Virus record (IMG/VR): IMGVR_UViG_3300012005_000008
Location: 1 to 56,010 of that record
Source: a virus
Taxonomy: Duplodnaviria; Caudoviricetes
Direction: 5' to 3' (one strand)
Length of the DNA: 56,010 bases
Shown: piece after piece, positions 28,801-37,545 of the stretch
How positions within the stretch are numbered: the stretch's first letter is position 1
Layout: the number at the start of each line of letters is the position of its first letter
Notes under the pieces: generated by a model
Databases searched by the model: none
Told to the model about the DNA's origin: nothing
What the model saw: the letters and a program-made list of their open reading frames with translations, nothing else
Position numbers and translations under genes: made by a program

Positions 28801-31800
28801 AAGTAACATCACCATGGGTAGAGATCAAGCTCGACATTATTGAGCAAAATATAGCATTAGCTCTTGAAACTGAGCTTTATGATAAATGCCCAACGCTGAC
28901 TCAAAAGCTTGTAACTTCAAAATTTGAGAATACCACCGACTTCACCCCAAATATGAAGAAGGAGCTAGAACGCTTCGGTATCAAATATGGGACAGCTGAT
29001 GTTTATAGCTCTTCTTATAATCCAAATAATGCATTTACTTGGAACTATCGTAGCTTGTCAGCTCATTCTACCTGGAATGAGATCTATAAGGCGGCGTACG
29101 GAACATCACGTCCAGATCTTCAACCGTGGATCCCAGCTGGGTATGCGACCGAGCAAGCCTTGATTGACGCATTGCTTGGTGGTGGATTAGTTTCTCCACA
29201 AACAACATCGTGGAATCAAACGATGTGGATCCAACCCAGCATCGCAACCTTCTTGCGTTCAGCATATTTGATAAATTGTCAACAGCTTAAGCTATCAGTT
29301 GACCTAGCAACAGGTAACTTGTTGTCTCCATATTCTACTAACTTTGAATCGTTCTTTTCTTCAATTCCAACTACTGCTTCAGATTCATTCTACTTTGGGG
29401 CGATGGCGCCTGTAGAAACGTTCTGGAGAAAAACTGTTAACTACTTGTATTCACTGCAAAAGGTTTACTTTAAGATCAATCCTTTAGAGTATGTGCGTGA
29501 CACATGGGGGATTAAGTATGAAAACGTGGGAGACTATAGCCTTAATTCTTCATATGGACGTAAAGAATCAAACGTAGACTTCCAACTTCACGGAGACCCT
29601 CTTAGTGCGACGGTTTCGGTTACTGACCCGCTTCGTAAGCTCACATCAAACTTAAGCTGCATAGTCCAAACACCGCCGGACTTCTCGGTGTCATACACCT
29701 TCCGTTGCGTGAGTAGGCTTGACAACTTGTTTGAGATCACGATGAATGGTCAGGATGAGATCATTGATCACGCCACCGTCGGCGCAGCTTGGAGCGATGA
29801 AACCATTTCGGTTTACATCTCAACTAAGCTCGGTCAATATTACTGGGGAGATACATTTACAATCAACGTGTCTCATGATGGTTCACTTAAGATATCTGCC
29901 TCGAGCCAACCTAACTTATTTGTTGAGGGTTTGAATCAACTGTACGTTCAATATCGTCGCTTATACGGAGAAGACCTTAACATCTCGATCAATCAAACCA
30001 TGCTAAAGAATTGGGTGGTCAAGGCCGGATATCGTTTCGGTGGGTTGATCAACACAGATTCGCTAGTATTGAAAAATCAAGATGATGCTAATATTGACAC
30101 ATCTGCCTACAAGGTTCTTATCAAGGAAAATAAATTCCATGACAGTAGCTGGTTGAATTCTTTAAAGATTCAATTAGTTCAAAAGGGTTCATCTATTGGT
30201 CAAGTTCCACGTATTGGACCAGCTGGTTCTCCTGGAGAAGATTGGGTTTATCGAGTTGACGTGTTCAATGACGCGCGCACACACCTAGCGTGGTATAAGT
30301 TTAATCAACAAGCGATCGCTAGTACCTTCATCGCGATGGGTGGAGATAAGACTACCTATGCTTGGAAGCGTCGTAGTCAGAAGGTTGATATCCTTAATTT
30401 TCAAGCTCCATTTTTGATTCGCGGAATTCAAAACGTAGTCGACTTTATCTTTGGGTATGCGATGAAGTTAGAAGACGACGGGTGGAGGTTTAATGATCAG
30501 GAAAACCCTGTCATAGATGAAGCTACTGGGCGCCCAGTTGGATATGATTTATTAGTTGAGCAATTCATCAATCAACAGTTCTCTAACGTTAATGCCGGTT
30601 CTGCTTTTGTACTCAACCCGTTCTCTCGTAAGGTATGGTTTAGCACTCCTCGCGGTTATGTATCTGATTTGTTTGAACAAATCGGTTTAGAGCAAGAAAC
30701 AGTTTGCACCATCCTAGACCAAAACCAACGGCAAATCAAGAAGTCTGAACTGCGTATCTTCCGTCAAGATGACATGACCGAAATCATCTTTGATAAGCCA
30801 GCATATACGGTACACCTGCTGACTAGCGAGGGGGAACATGTTTCATTATTCGAAAATTATTCTCTAGATAGCACCTTGATCTATGACTCTTTCTTGGGTC
30901 AACGCACACAAAAGATCTTCATCAGCGGCGATCGACAAACTGTATTCTCTGGGCGGTTAGACCTGGGTGGACACTTCTTGCTCGGTGATCAGATGAAGCG
31001 CAACCTTGAAGATTCTGTTAGCGGAATTCTCGATCTATATGGCACTAGCGGTGTTCCAGCTAAATTACCAGAGACTGATTATGCAAGGTCTCTATTAGGT
31101 TTTTCCAAGAAGTCATACTTTGCTGACAGGGGTTGTACTGATGCAACAGAGTTCCGATTCTGGCAAGGTATGATCGCCAATAAGGGAACTAACGTTTCAT
31201 TAGATGCTTTCACTAATTCTTCACAGTTCCAAACGTCGACGCTAGACGAGTATTGGGCTTATCGTTTGGCTAACTATGGAGACGCAAGAACGATTCAAAA
31301 AGTAGAGCTTAATATAACACCCGAAGATGGCATTCCAGAGCATACAAATTATCTCTTGATTGAAAATGATGAGCTTAGCTTATTAAAAAATTATCAATTA
31401 AATGCAGGGTTTAACGTCGCAAGCATGGGCATCACGGCCTATGATATCTCAACGCTATACTCAGCGGTGGAATCAATTGGATATGATTACGTAGATCCAA
31501 GAGGTTGTGTTATTCTTCGTCCAGATGATGAGCAACGCTGGCATAAGTATGATGACCTTCGGGTTCTTCAATATTTAGAGGCTGATGTTATTGCTGAATA
31601 TAGATTCGTTCCAACTGCGGCTAATAAGATCTATGTGATTTTAGGACAAGACGGGAAACCTGTTCGCGCAGATGCATTTGAGATCGTTGACTTATTATCA
31701 GATGGAGTTGTATACTATGAAGCTGGTGATTACACTGATTCTGAGCCATATGACACCGCTCCGTATGATGATGCTGGATATGACACGATAGATCCGTTAT

Positions 31801-34535
31801 CAGCGCCTGGTATTCCAATCTTTAGTCCTCCAAGATTTACTCGGTTAAATCACAGCACGATTCTCATCACCGATGTTAATTTGCTTGGACGCCCTCTTAA
31901 GGCGATCGCGTACGGCCCGGCTTTTGCAAAGTATAGCCCTTCTAGCTTAATCGACTATCGCTCAAATGTCGTGATTAGAGATGACATCATCTGGTGGGAT
32001 CCAGCCAGGGGTGTTCATCACCCAGAAGCGATACAAGAAGTAGACATTATGTCTGACAAAGATCCGGCTCGCTACAATAAAAGCTTGATGACATACAAGA
32101 ATACCAACGTAGAAACTCTGCGACCTTGGGGGAATGAGCAAGTTGGTAACTTATGGTGGAACACCAACGAGCTAACATGGCAACCATATTCCGACTCAAA
32201 GCTCATCACCGACATGAGTCAACGTCTTAATAGCTGGGGGGCTATATCTGATTCATCTACCATTGAGGTTTATGAGTGGTTCAAATCTTCAGTTGCACCC
32301 ACTGACTATGCATCAACATCAGATGTTGATGGCGAAGTTGCGATTCGCAATACATTAAAGCGTACTCGCAGCTGGACACAACGCCCTGTAGCTTGGAGAT
32401 ATTCTGATAATCCAGCAAACCGTCGCTCATTTACTGCGTATCAACCAGCTCGTTTGTTATTTGATTTGCAGGCCATCGGAGATGGATATAGCTCAATTGG
32501 TAGGGCGATAATCTCATCTGGATCATTTACTGATTTAGGAATTAGCAAAGGTAGCAAGATCGCTGGAGCTATCTACGGTAACGGAGGAAATAATAAAAAT
32601 GATGTGTACCTGACTGACATCTATGGAACGGCTGTTGTTACTTCTTCTCCATCGATCGTTATTGGAAGCTCAACTAATTTCACCGATGGTGGATCATTTG
32701 AGGCAAGCATCTTGTACACCATTGCTATAGAAATAGATGATCGCCGTATGTCCTATCGGAAGACCAACGTACTGGGACAGTACGTTTTCTCTAATGAACA
32801 AGATGGGTTTGATTACTACATTCGCGCAACTCACGTATCATCTGGGGAAACACAGCGGGTAATTGTTCATGATGTGCCGATATCTGCAAACACGATGGAC
32901 GTATATTCTTTTGATAATCTTGGTATCAAGCTTAATTGCACCACATTGTTTAATCGTGTTGATATTCCATTAATAACAGAGGCAGACCGCAGGCAATTCT
33001 CATCTCAGGTGATTGGTAGCGCTAACCATGATCTATGGTTACGCCATGCAGTAAATGTTTTCATCAATATTCCTTTTATAACCAGCAACGTTTGGACGGT
33101 ACAGCTTGACGATTCAAATGATAACTCTAATCGTGGGTGGATCTCTTGGACTGATCCAGCATCTAATCCAATTCGTGACTTTACACCACCGCTGAACAGG
33201 TACGAACCGTTTGCTGGAGCTTGGGTTGACATGGGAGGGCAGCTTGCTCCGTTGGCAGATGATGTCAAAGCTCGACTCGCTGATCCTTGGACATGGTTTG
33301 ATGGATTGGACTACACCCCATATCAATACACCTGGAGCAATTGGGAGCTGTACACTCACACGTTGAGTTCGGTTCGCTATTACCTTGTGTCTGGGACTCA
33401 TGATGATTACATGAAGAGCTTTTTCACTTATGATATTCCATTTGATCTATTCACTTCACGTGTATCAGTGTATGTAAATGAAGTTCAACTAGCACCGTCT
33501 CAATGGGAGCCTTTGATTAGGTATGTTGATTCTACACCGATTGGAACTTACGTTCACATTCATGAAGATGCCGTACAGATGGGTGATATGATGAAAATAA
33601 AGGTTCTTCCTGTTCCGATCTCTGGCGATGACCTCCGTTTTGATCCGGCGATTCTTGATAACATCTTTAAGAACACTCAGTTCAAGATTGACTTCCCTCA
33701 CGTTTATGAGTTGTCTCGTGATGATTCTGATCATTATACTACTAAAAACTACTATTTCTGGGTTAAAAATCGCGTAGCTCCTGGTAAAAACAAGCGTCTT
33801 TCTACGAGTAAGGTAGCCGAGTTACTTCATCAACATGATGGAGCGTATGAAGCTCCTCAGATCATGAAACAATATAACCAGATCGACGGGCGACCAAATC
33901 GTTATTCGGTTCTCTCTGTTAGAGGGCTTGGTACTTATGTTCATCAAGATAACCAATATAAGCTGCGAATCGCTAATAATGGAACCTTAAGGAATGATGA
34001 TAAAAATATGACATTAAAGAACGCTCACGTTGAGTGGATCTTGCTACGCCCGGGACAACCAAATAAGATTCCAAAAACTTTGTGGGATAAGTTGACGGAA
34101 ACGATGGTGGGTAAAACCGCCGTAAATCAATTGCTACCGTTCTCTCCATTACAAAAGTATGATGATCGTAATAATACAAATGATCGTTTTGGATTCGGAG
34201 ATGGACAGATTTTGGCTGAACCTAACCCAACAATTGACACGGTAAAAGATACCATCCTGGCTCATACCCGAGTTAATAAATATCAAGGATTATTGCCAGA
34301 GATGATTTCTTACACGGGTTTTGATATCAATCAACTTGATTCTTACTTGTCAACGGCATCTTCAATTAGAAAATTTATGGCCGATCTTTGGAGGTTTGCA
34401 AAACCTAAGCAGATCAATGAGATCTTCTTTGCTGTTTTGCTAGATTCAGCAGCAAAGAATTTAGAGCTGACTGATTTCTTTAAGACTTCATTCATTTCAC
34501 TATCTGATATTCGTGTTGTTAATAATGGAAGCTAA
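25887..34535 (+). CDS. Giant virion structural protein (2882 aa), baseplate-associated
   Basis: Follows gp6; internal duplicated motif (PIDIDKFCNFQEYFW and INQDKFFNYKNYYY; QANRPIIEY and QASRPIIEF); EYWAYRLANYG; C-terminal FFKTSFI. Confidence 0.75.
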   Translation: MAKKSLDLTTLLPKQYRDKTLDTLLKNLFNRHVSKADTQPMFGFIGDGDLSAGEIALDETDLERQINQITSLIYAEHGTEKKVYSWPDLVQKLILLGVNYNTIGQWFRTSSYNFVPPIDIDKFCNFQEYFWIGSWVQQSPTLDYSSFGLPAISNVTDAFARSNLIYKPEYYTIERGPIDSVSHHPASPTPAIPGWSDWSLTNLWVHKVDIISFLETNGGIVSFGALTQANRPIIEYSSKLKLNTYQDVTNAPSDSGNFRLVSKIRSNQPPLFDLYLCDGSHSSYASSIFYYSEGSEFPVDASVERRLAIDSNSDFTFEHALVSDGGDLMFFKTWDGLQFNLGTIWTKGLEAFPRYVKYDNSGTTINQDKFFNYKNYYYVPVNLPSYNPTGEPEYAVIEVGGASAWSTTNFWVHVTKLRRSEKAQYIQASRPIIEFNKSLESELLTDKTSLNQLPRFKVYAFDDVTNEYVQIIQQDNPAIVNLNDAYLNGALITNLDDLGPTVKQAVQNTPELLANTFTLGSNTFLQSFKTGQFVPTRDGAVYGYRADVISFLEPSKGTIGSISVATSCVPEIITLTWSHADNNFIVTGSVTGNISTAMLGSSCTASGVTFIINAGATPFADGDTFSIQIKSYVYEDANLYINIGGGFRTFTKPSSIVDEVTLSEKIETIPELRDGIWEVPPQLEWNVQNETRTKLGQGDLYYHLTSVIKAQTGLVGSETGSNNFRQLKSTNQLNLGLGGAIKQFDGRTALLISLMMQEGVTITSILEFARQNYEGLFSSIHTFVEDVLPGLLSQGSVYPPQDGDSIDPRLVESFKSYFGANTSFKQALVDTTSPIQGLAATLPYLGLCPKVLPRKELDLDLNLQMLVHHDGHRSMLATTSVDLLKKIVLKKFLRSTGQETSGIVNAASFPTERPFRGQFWFQASTEQLFVYNVISDVGSLPADSQHGDYSYDRLSNTIYQFNGAWIQLEDYEVTSPWVEIKLDIIEQNIALALETELYDKCPTLTQKLVTSKFENTTDFTPNMKKELERFGIKYGTADVYSSSYNPNNAFTWNYRSLSAHSTWNEIYKAAYGTSRPDLQPWIPAGYATEQALIDALLGGGLVSPQTTSWNQTMWIQPSIATFLRSAYLINCQQLKLSVDLATGNLLSPYSTNFESFFSSIPTTASDSFYFGAMAPVETFWRKTVNYLYSLQKVYFKINPLEYVRDTWGIKYENVGDYSLNSSYGRKESNVDFQLHGDPLSATVSVTDPLRKLTSNLSCIVQTPPDFSVSYTFRCVSRLDNLFEITMNGQDEIIDHATVGAAWSDETISVYISTKLGQYYWGDTFTINVSHDGSLKISASSQPNLFVEGLNQLYVQYRRLYGEDLNISINQTMLKNWVVKAGYRFGGLINTDSLVLKNQDDANIDTSAYKVLIKENKFHDSSWLNSLKIQLVQKGSSIGQVPRIGPAGSPGEDWVYRVDVFNDARTHLAWYKFNQQAIASTFIAMGGDKTTYAWKRRSQKVDILNFQAPFLIRGIQNVVDFIFGYAMKLEDDGWRFNDQENPVIDEATGRPVGYDLLVEQFINQQFSNVNAGSAFVLNPFSRKVWFSTPRGYVSDLFEQIGLEQETVCTILDQNQRQIKKSELRIFRQDDMTEIIFDKPAYTVHLLTSEGEHVSLFENYSLDSTLIYDSFLGQRTQKIFISGDRQTVFSGRLDLGGHFLLGDQMKRNLEDSVSGILDLYGTSGVPAKLPETDYARSLLGFSKKSYFADRGCTDATEFRFWQGMIANKGTNVSLDAFTNSSQFQTSTLDEYWAYRLANYGDARTIQKVELNITPEDGIPEHTNYLLIENDELSLLKNYQLNAGFNVASMGITAYDISTLYSAVESIGYDYVDPRGCVILRPDDEQRWHKYDDLRVLQYLEADVIAEYRFVPTAANKIYVILGQDGKPVRADAFEIVDLLSDGVVYYEAGDYTDSEPYDTAPYDDAGYDTIDPLSAPGIPIFSPPRFTRLNHSTILITDVNLLGRPLKAIAYGPAFAKYSPSSLIDYRSNVVIRDDIIWWDPARGVHHPEAIQEVDIMSDKDPARYNKSLMTYKNTNVETLRPWGNEQVGNLWWNTNELTWQPYSDSKLITDMSQRLNSWGAISDSSTIEVYEWFKSSVAPTDYASTSDVDGEVAIRNTLKRTRSWTQRPVAWRYSDNPANRRSFTAYQPARLLFDLQAIGDGYSSIGRAIISSGSFTDLGISKGSKIAGAIYGNGGNNKNDVYLTDIYGTAVVTSSPSIVIGSSTNFTDGGSFEASILYTIAIEIDDRRMSYRKTNVLGQYVFSNEQDGFDYYIRATHVSSGETQRVIVHDVPISANTMDVYSFDNLGIKLNCTTLFNRVDIPLITEADRRQFSSQVIGSANHDLWLRHAVNVFINIPFITSNVWTVQLDDSNDNSNRGWISWTDPASNPIRDFTPPLNRYEPFAGAWVDMGGQLAPLADDVKARLADPWTWFDGLDYTPYQYTWSNWELYTHTLSSVRYYLVSGTHDDYMKSFFTYDIPFDLFTSRVSVYVNEVQLAPSQWEPLIRYVDSTPIGTYVHIHEDAVQMGDMMKIKVLPVPISGDDLRFDPAILDNIFKNTQFKIDFPHVYELSRDDSDHYTTKNYYFWVKNRVAPGKNKRLSTSKVAELLHQHDGAYEAPQIMKQYNQIDGRPNRYSVLSVRGLGTYVHQDNQYKLRIANNGTLRNDDKNMTLKNAHVEWILLRPGQPNKIPKTLWDKLTETMVGKTAVNQLLPFSPLQKYDDRNNTNDRFGFGDGQILAEPNPTIDTVKDTILAHTRVNKYQGLLPEMISYTGFDINQLDSYLSTASSIRKFMADLWRFAKPKQINEIFFAVLLDSAAKNLELTDFFKTSFISLSDIRVVNNGS

Positions 34536-34542
34536 GTAGATA

Positions 34543-36579
34543 ATGGCAAGACGAGATATTAAGCTGCTAGGATCCCTGGTTGATTACATCCAGGATATCA
34601 AGCCTTATCACACCAAGCTTCGTGAGTTTGCGTCTGAGATAATCTTCAATGACAATGTGAATGTCAGTGTCACAGAGTTGATGCATGATTATATTCACAT
34701 GCAAAACGTGTGGGGTCGTGACGACCTTGGTGGATATAAGCTATCAACAATAGCAGAAGGTATTGAATCTGATCGAACATTTAGGATCCCTGCCGCTATC
34801 TGGCCGCATTTCTCTATAGTCGATTCATTAAACTTTGGTCAAACTCCGCTAGGAGATGATCCAGCTGTTATTGATCTAACCGACTCCAATAATAACGGAA
34901 TACCAGATTCACATGACCCATATGTTGGAAATCCAAACTCATCACACTTTCCAGCAGAAGATTGGATCCCAGTTCAAGGTATTATCACTCGCACCACCAT
35001 CGATGTTACCGATATCGTGTCTAACGGTGGGATCTATTATTACACGTATGATCTAACCATCTATGTTAATAGTGACCTAGAAACATTCTATGGTTTAGGA
35101 AATGATTTTAAGATATTCTTCAACGGTGCCGACCTATCCTCAGTTGCTGAACGAGTAGATGCTGGATCCTCATATGATGATGATACATTTGATAGCTTAC
35201 CATATGACACAGACACGGTGGTGTTTATTGTACGGGATTTGTTTGGTCATTATCAGCTCACCTCAGATGACATAGCATCTCTTCCTGGAATTCAAAATAA
35301 ATTCCCAGAAACGATCGCCGCCTATGGATTTGCTAAGAATCTACCAGCTATCGACATACAATATACAAACACCGGACGGTTCCATGTTCCATTCCACCAG
35401 GGATCAAGGGTTTATGTAGATGGAGTTTTGCAAAAGTTTGGAACAGATTATCTAGTTGAAAGCAGCAGAGAGTTCATTCAATTCATGCCCGGTAAAAAGC
35501 CAGAGGCTGGTTCGACGATAACCGTTAACCTGATGAAATCTGATAAGCTATTCATCTCGATCACTCCTCCATTCGATTACAACGGAGTTCTTGCGGGATA
35601 TGACATCGGGACTTATGAAGAATATCCGTATGATTTAGTTAATGAATTTGTTCAAGCGATCTCTGGGGCTTATGACGATTGGCCATATGATGAGCTTCCA
35701 TATGAAGATGGCATCCCCAATGTTCCAACAGATTACTTTTTGATTGAGGTAAATCGAGCATATAAGGATAAGCACGCTCCAGTAACATTTTTTAACTCTA
35801 CCGGAGTTTCTGGTAAAGGTGTATTAAATGTTCTCAACATCCACGATTCAGCTCAAGATGGTGACATCTACCTGATCGCCGCGGTTGGTCCATGGTTATT
35901 CTTGGTTCAAAAGATCTTACCAACGCTTGAGCCAAAGTTAGCATATGCATCATTTAAGCAGGTGTTTGATAATGGAGCTATTTCATTTCAGATAGATCGT
36001 CAATGGACTCCATACTACATGGTGCCTGACAATAATACCTATAGCTCATACACTGAAGCGTATAACTTGTATCCATTCATTAATAATGATCCGACCGATT
36101 ACTTGGTTAATCTTGACCTGAAGACAGAACATGGTGTTATGTCTGATCCCACATCAGATGGGCGTCATTTCCCCGTTGAACTTATCTCGATCGGGAAGAT
36201 CATTAAAAATAGGGATCAAACTCTAACTAATCAGATCTCAGCGGTCGTTGATTCTAATGGCATCACCATTTATCCTGATTTCAAAGCAGATTATTATGAG
36301 TTTGTTCTTAATGACATTCCTATCCGTGGTACTTACTATGAGATTCGCGTTGAGCAGAATAATGGGCTCAATCCTACGGTACGCACGACTATCTGGGATC
36401 GAGTTCAAATCAATGTATTTGAAACAGATTCTGATGAAGTAACTGAAGTTAACTCTTACACTACTCACGTTACTAATGAACCTTCGCCATTGCCAGGAAT
36501 TCCACCTGAAGTTTCAGTAGATGAGTTCAATCAGTACGTGATTCCAGATTATGTAGATGATGACTACGTGGACCAGTAA
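34543..36579 (+). CDS. Virion structural protein
   Basis: LVDYIQDIKPYHTKLREF start typical of baseplate-wedge-associated proteins; acidic YD-xx-PYD repeats. Confidence 0.65.
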   Translation: MARRDIKLLGSLVDYIQDIKPYHTKLREFASEIIFNDNVNVSVTELMHDYIHMQNVWGRDDLGGYKLSTIAEGIESDRTFRIPAAIWPHFSIVDSLNFGQTPLGDDPAVIDLTDSNNNGIPDSHDPYVGNPNSSHFPAEDWIPVQGIITRTTIDVTDIVSNGGIYYYTYDLTIYVNSDLETFYGLGNDFKIFFNGADLSSVAERVDAGSSYDDDTFDSLPYDTDTVVFIVRDLFGHYQLTSDDIASLPGIQNKFPETIAAYGFAKNLPAIDIQYTNTGRFHVPFHQGSRVYVDGVLQKFGTDYLVESSREFIQFMPGKKPEAGSTITVNLMKSDKLFISITPPFDYNGVLAGYDIGTYEEYPYDLVNEFVQAISGAYDDWPYDELPYEDGIPNVPTDYFLIEVNRAYKDKHAPVTFFNSTGVSGKGVLNVLNIHDSAQDGDIYLIAAVGPWLFLVQKILPTLEPKLAYASFKQVFDNGAISFQIDRQWTPYYMVPDNNTYSSYTEAYNLYPFINNDPTDYLVNLDLKTEHGVMSDPTSDGRHFPVELISIGKIIKNRDQTLTNQISAVVDSNGITIYPDFKADYYEFVLNDIPIRGTYYEIRVEQNNGLNPTVRTTIWDRVQINVFETDSDEVTEVNSYTTHVTNEPSPLPGIPPEVSVDEFNQYVIPDYVDDDYVDQ

Positions 36580-36604
36580 CACATAAAACAAAAGCTAATG
36601 GCAG

Positions 36605-36612
36605 TATAAATA
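36605..36612 (+). promoter_or_regulatory. T4-type late promoter TATAAATA
   Basis: Exact consensus 21 nt upstream of 36634. Confidence 0.8.
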
Positions 36613-36633
36613 GATCTATAAGCCGAGGATCGA

Positions 36634-37218
36634 ATGAATCATACAGAGCAATCACTACCATTTTACACCACCGTTATCGGTGAGGTATGCATTCAGGATG
36701 CTACAACGCTGGAGATTATCCAGAAAAAGAAGAATGCTATCCATCCAAAGAATATGGCGGCTGCTATAGCTAGATCATTAAGCCGCAATGATAATGGTTA
36801 CATCTTTAAGATGAGTTTTGGTAATGGTGGAACATTCTTAAACTCAAGTAGCAAGATCATCTACCGTTCTCCTAATGTACTTGGTGGCGCCGATCTCTAT
36901 AATCCAACATATGAAGTTCAGGTCGATAGCAACACACAAGGAACTCCTGCTAGTAATTCAGTAGTTTCATCGGACTCCCCGAGTCCGGCTATAACATCTG
37001 TAGTGACGATCACATGCGTGCTAAATGCTGATGAACCATCAGGGCAAGCGGTATCGTCAAACCTTACAACAGACGCGAACTCACCTTACTCATTTGATGA
37101 ACTTGGGTTGAAGACGGCTGATGGGCTGCTGTTGTCACACTTAATTTTTAACCCAATCGAAAAGACCGCAAACCGAGCTTTTTTGATAACCTATACATTA
37201 ACGATCTCTGTAAGTTGA
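36634..37218 (+). CDS. Baseplate / fibre-attachment structural protein
   Basis: KNAIHP.N, M.FGNGGT, FDELGL and LLSHLIFNPIEKTANR...ITYTLTI. Confidence 0.7.
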   Translation: MNHTEQSLPFYTTVIGEVCIQDATTLEIIQKKKNAIHPKNMAAAIARSLSRNDNGYIFKMSFGNGGTFLNSSSKIIYRSPNVLGGADLYNPTYEVQVDSNTQGTPASNSVVSSDSPSPAITSVVTITCVLNADEPSGQAVSSNLTTDANSPYSFDELGLKTADGLLLSHLIFNPIEKTANRAFLITYTLTISVS

Positions 37219-37302
37219 TTACGGAGTGAAAATCCAGACATGATGGATATCCTTGTGTAAATAATCTCATACGTTTTTAACGTAAACCAGATTAAAAGAA
37301 CA

Positions 37303-37539
37303 ATGGAGAGTATGATGTCTGACAAAGAATTTGAAACGACTGATATCGTGTTAGCCGCCTACCTAAAGACGAAAAATTACAGGCTCCTTGAGATCGTGAA
37401 GAACGGTAACAAAGGAACTTTTATCTTCTCGGGTGTAGACGAATCTATCATCGATGAATATGATTTAGGGCAAGCTTTGGTTGAGCCGAGGAATTTAAAT
37501 TCCGAGATCAAGGCCCTAACTACCGCAGCAAGGAGATAA
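37303..37539 (+). CDS. Small conserved phage protein (DUF5659-like)
   Basis: FETTDIVLAAYL....Y.L........F.F pattern; TGTAAATA at 37256-37263. Confidence 0.55.
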   Translation: MESMMSDKEFETTDIVLAAYLKTKNYRLLEIVKNGNKGTFIFSGVDESIIDEYDLGQALVEPRNLNSEIKALTTAARR

Positions 37540-37545
37540 ACAGAA

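Noticed and set aside
24607-36468. Many 60-110 aa ORFs nested in the large structural genes
   Set aside because: They are alternative-frame or antisense ORFs with no motifs or expression signals.
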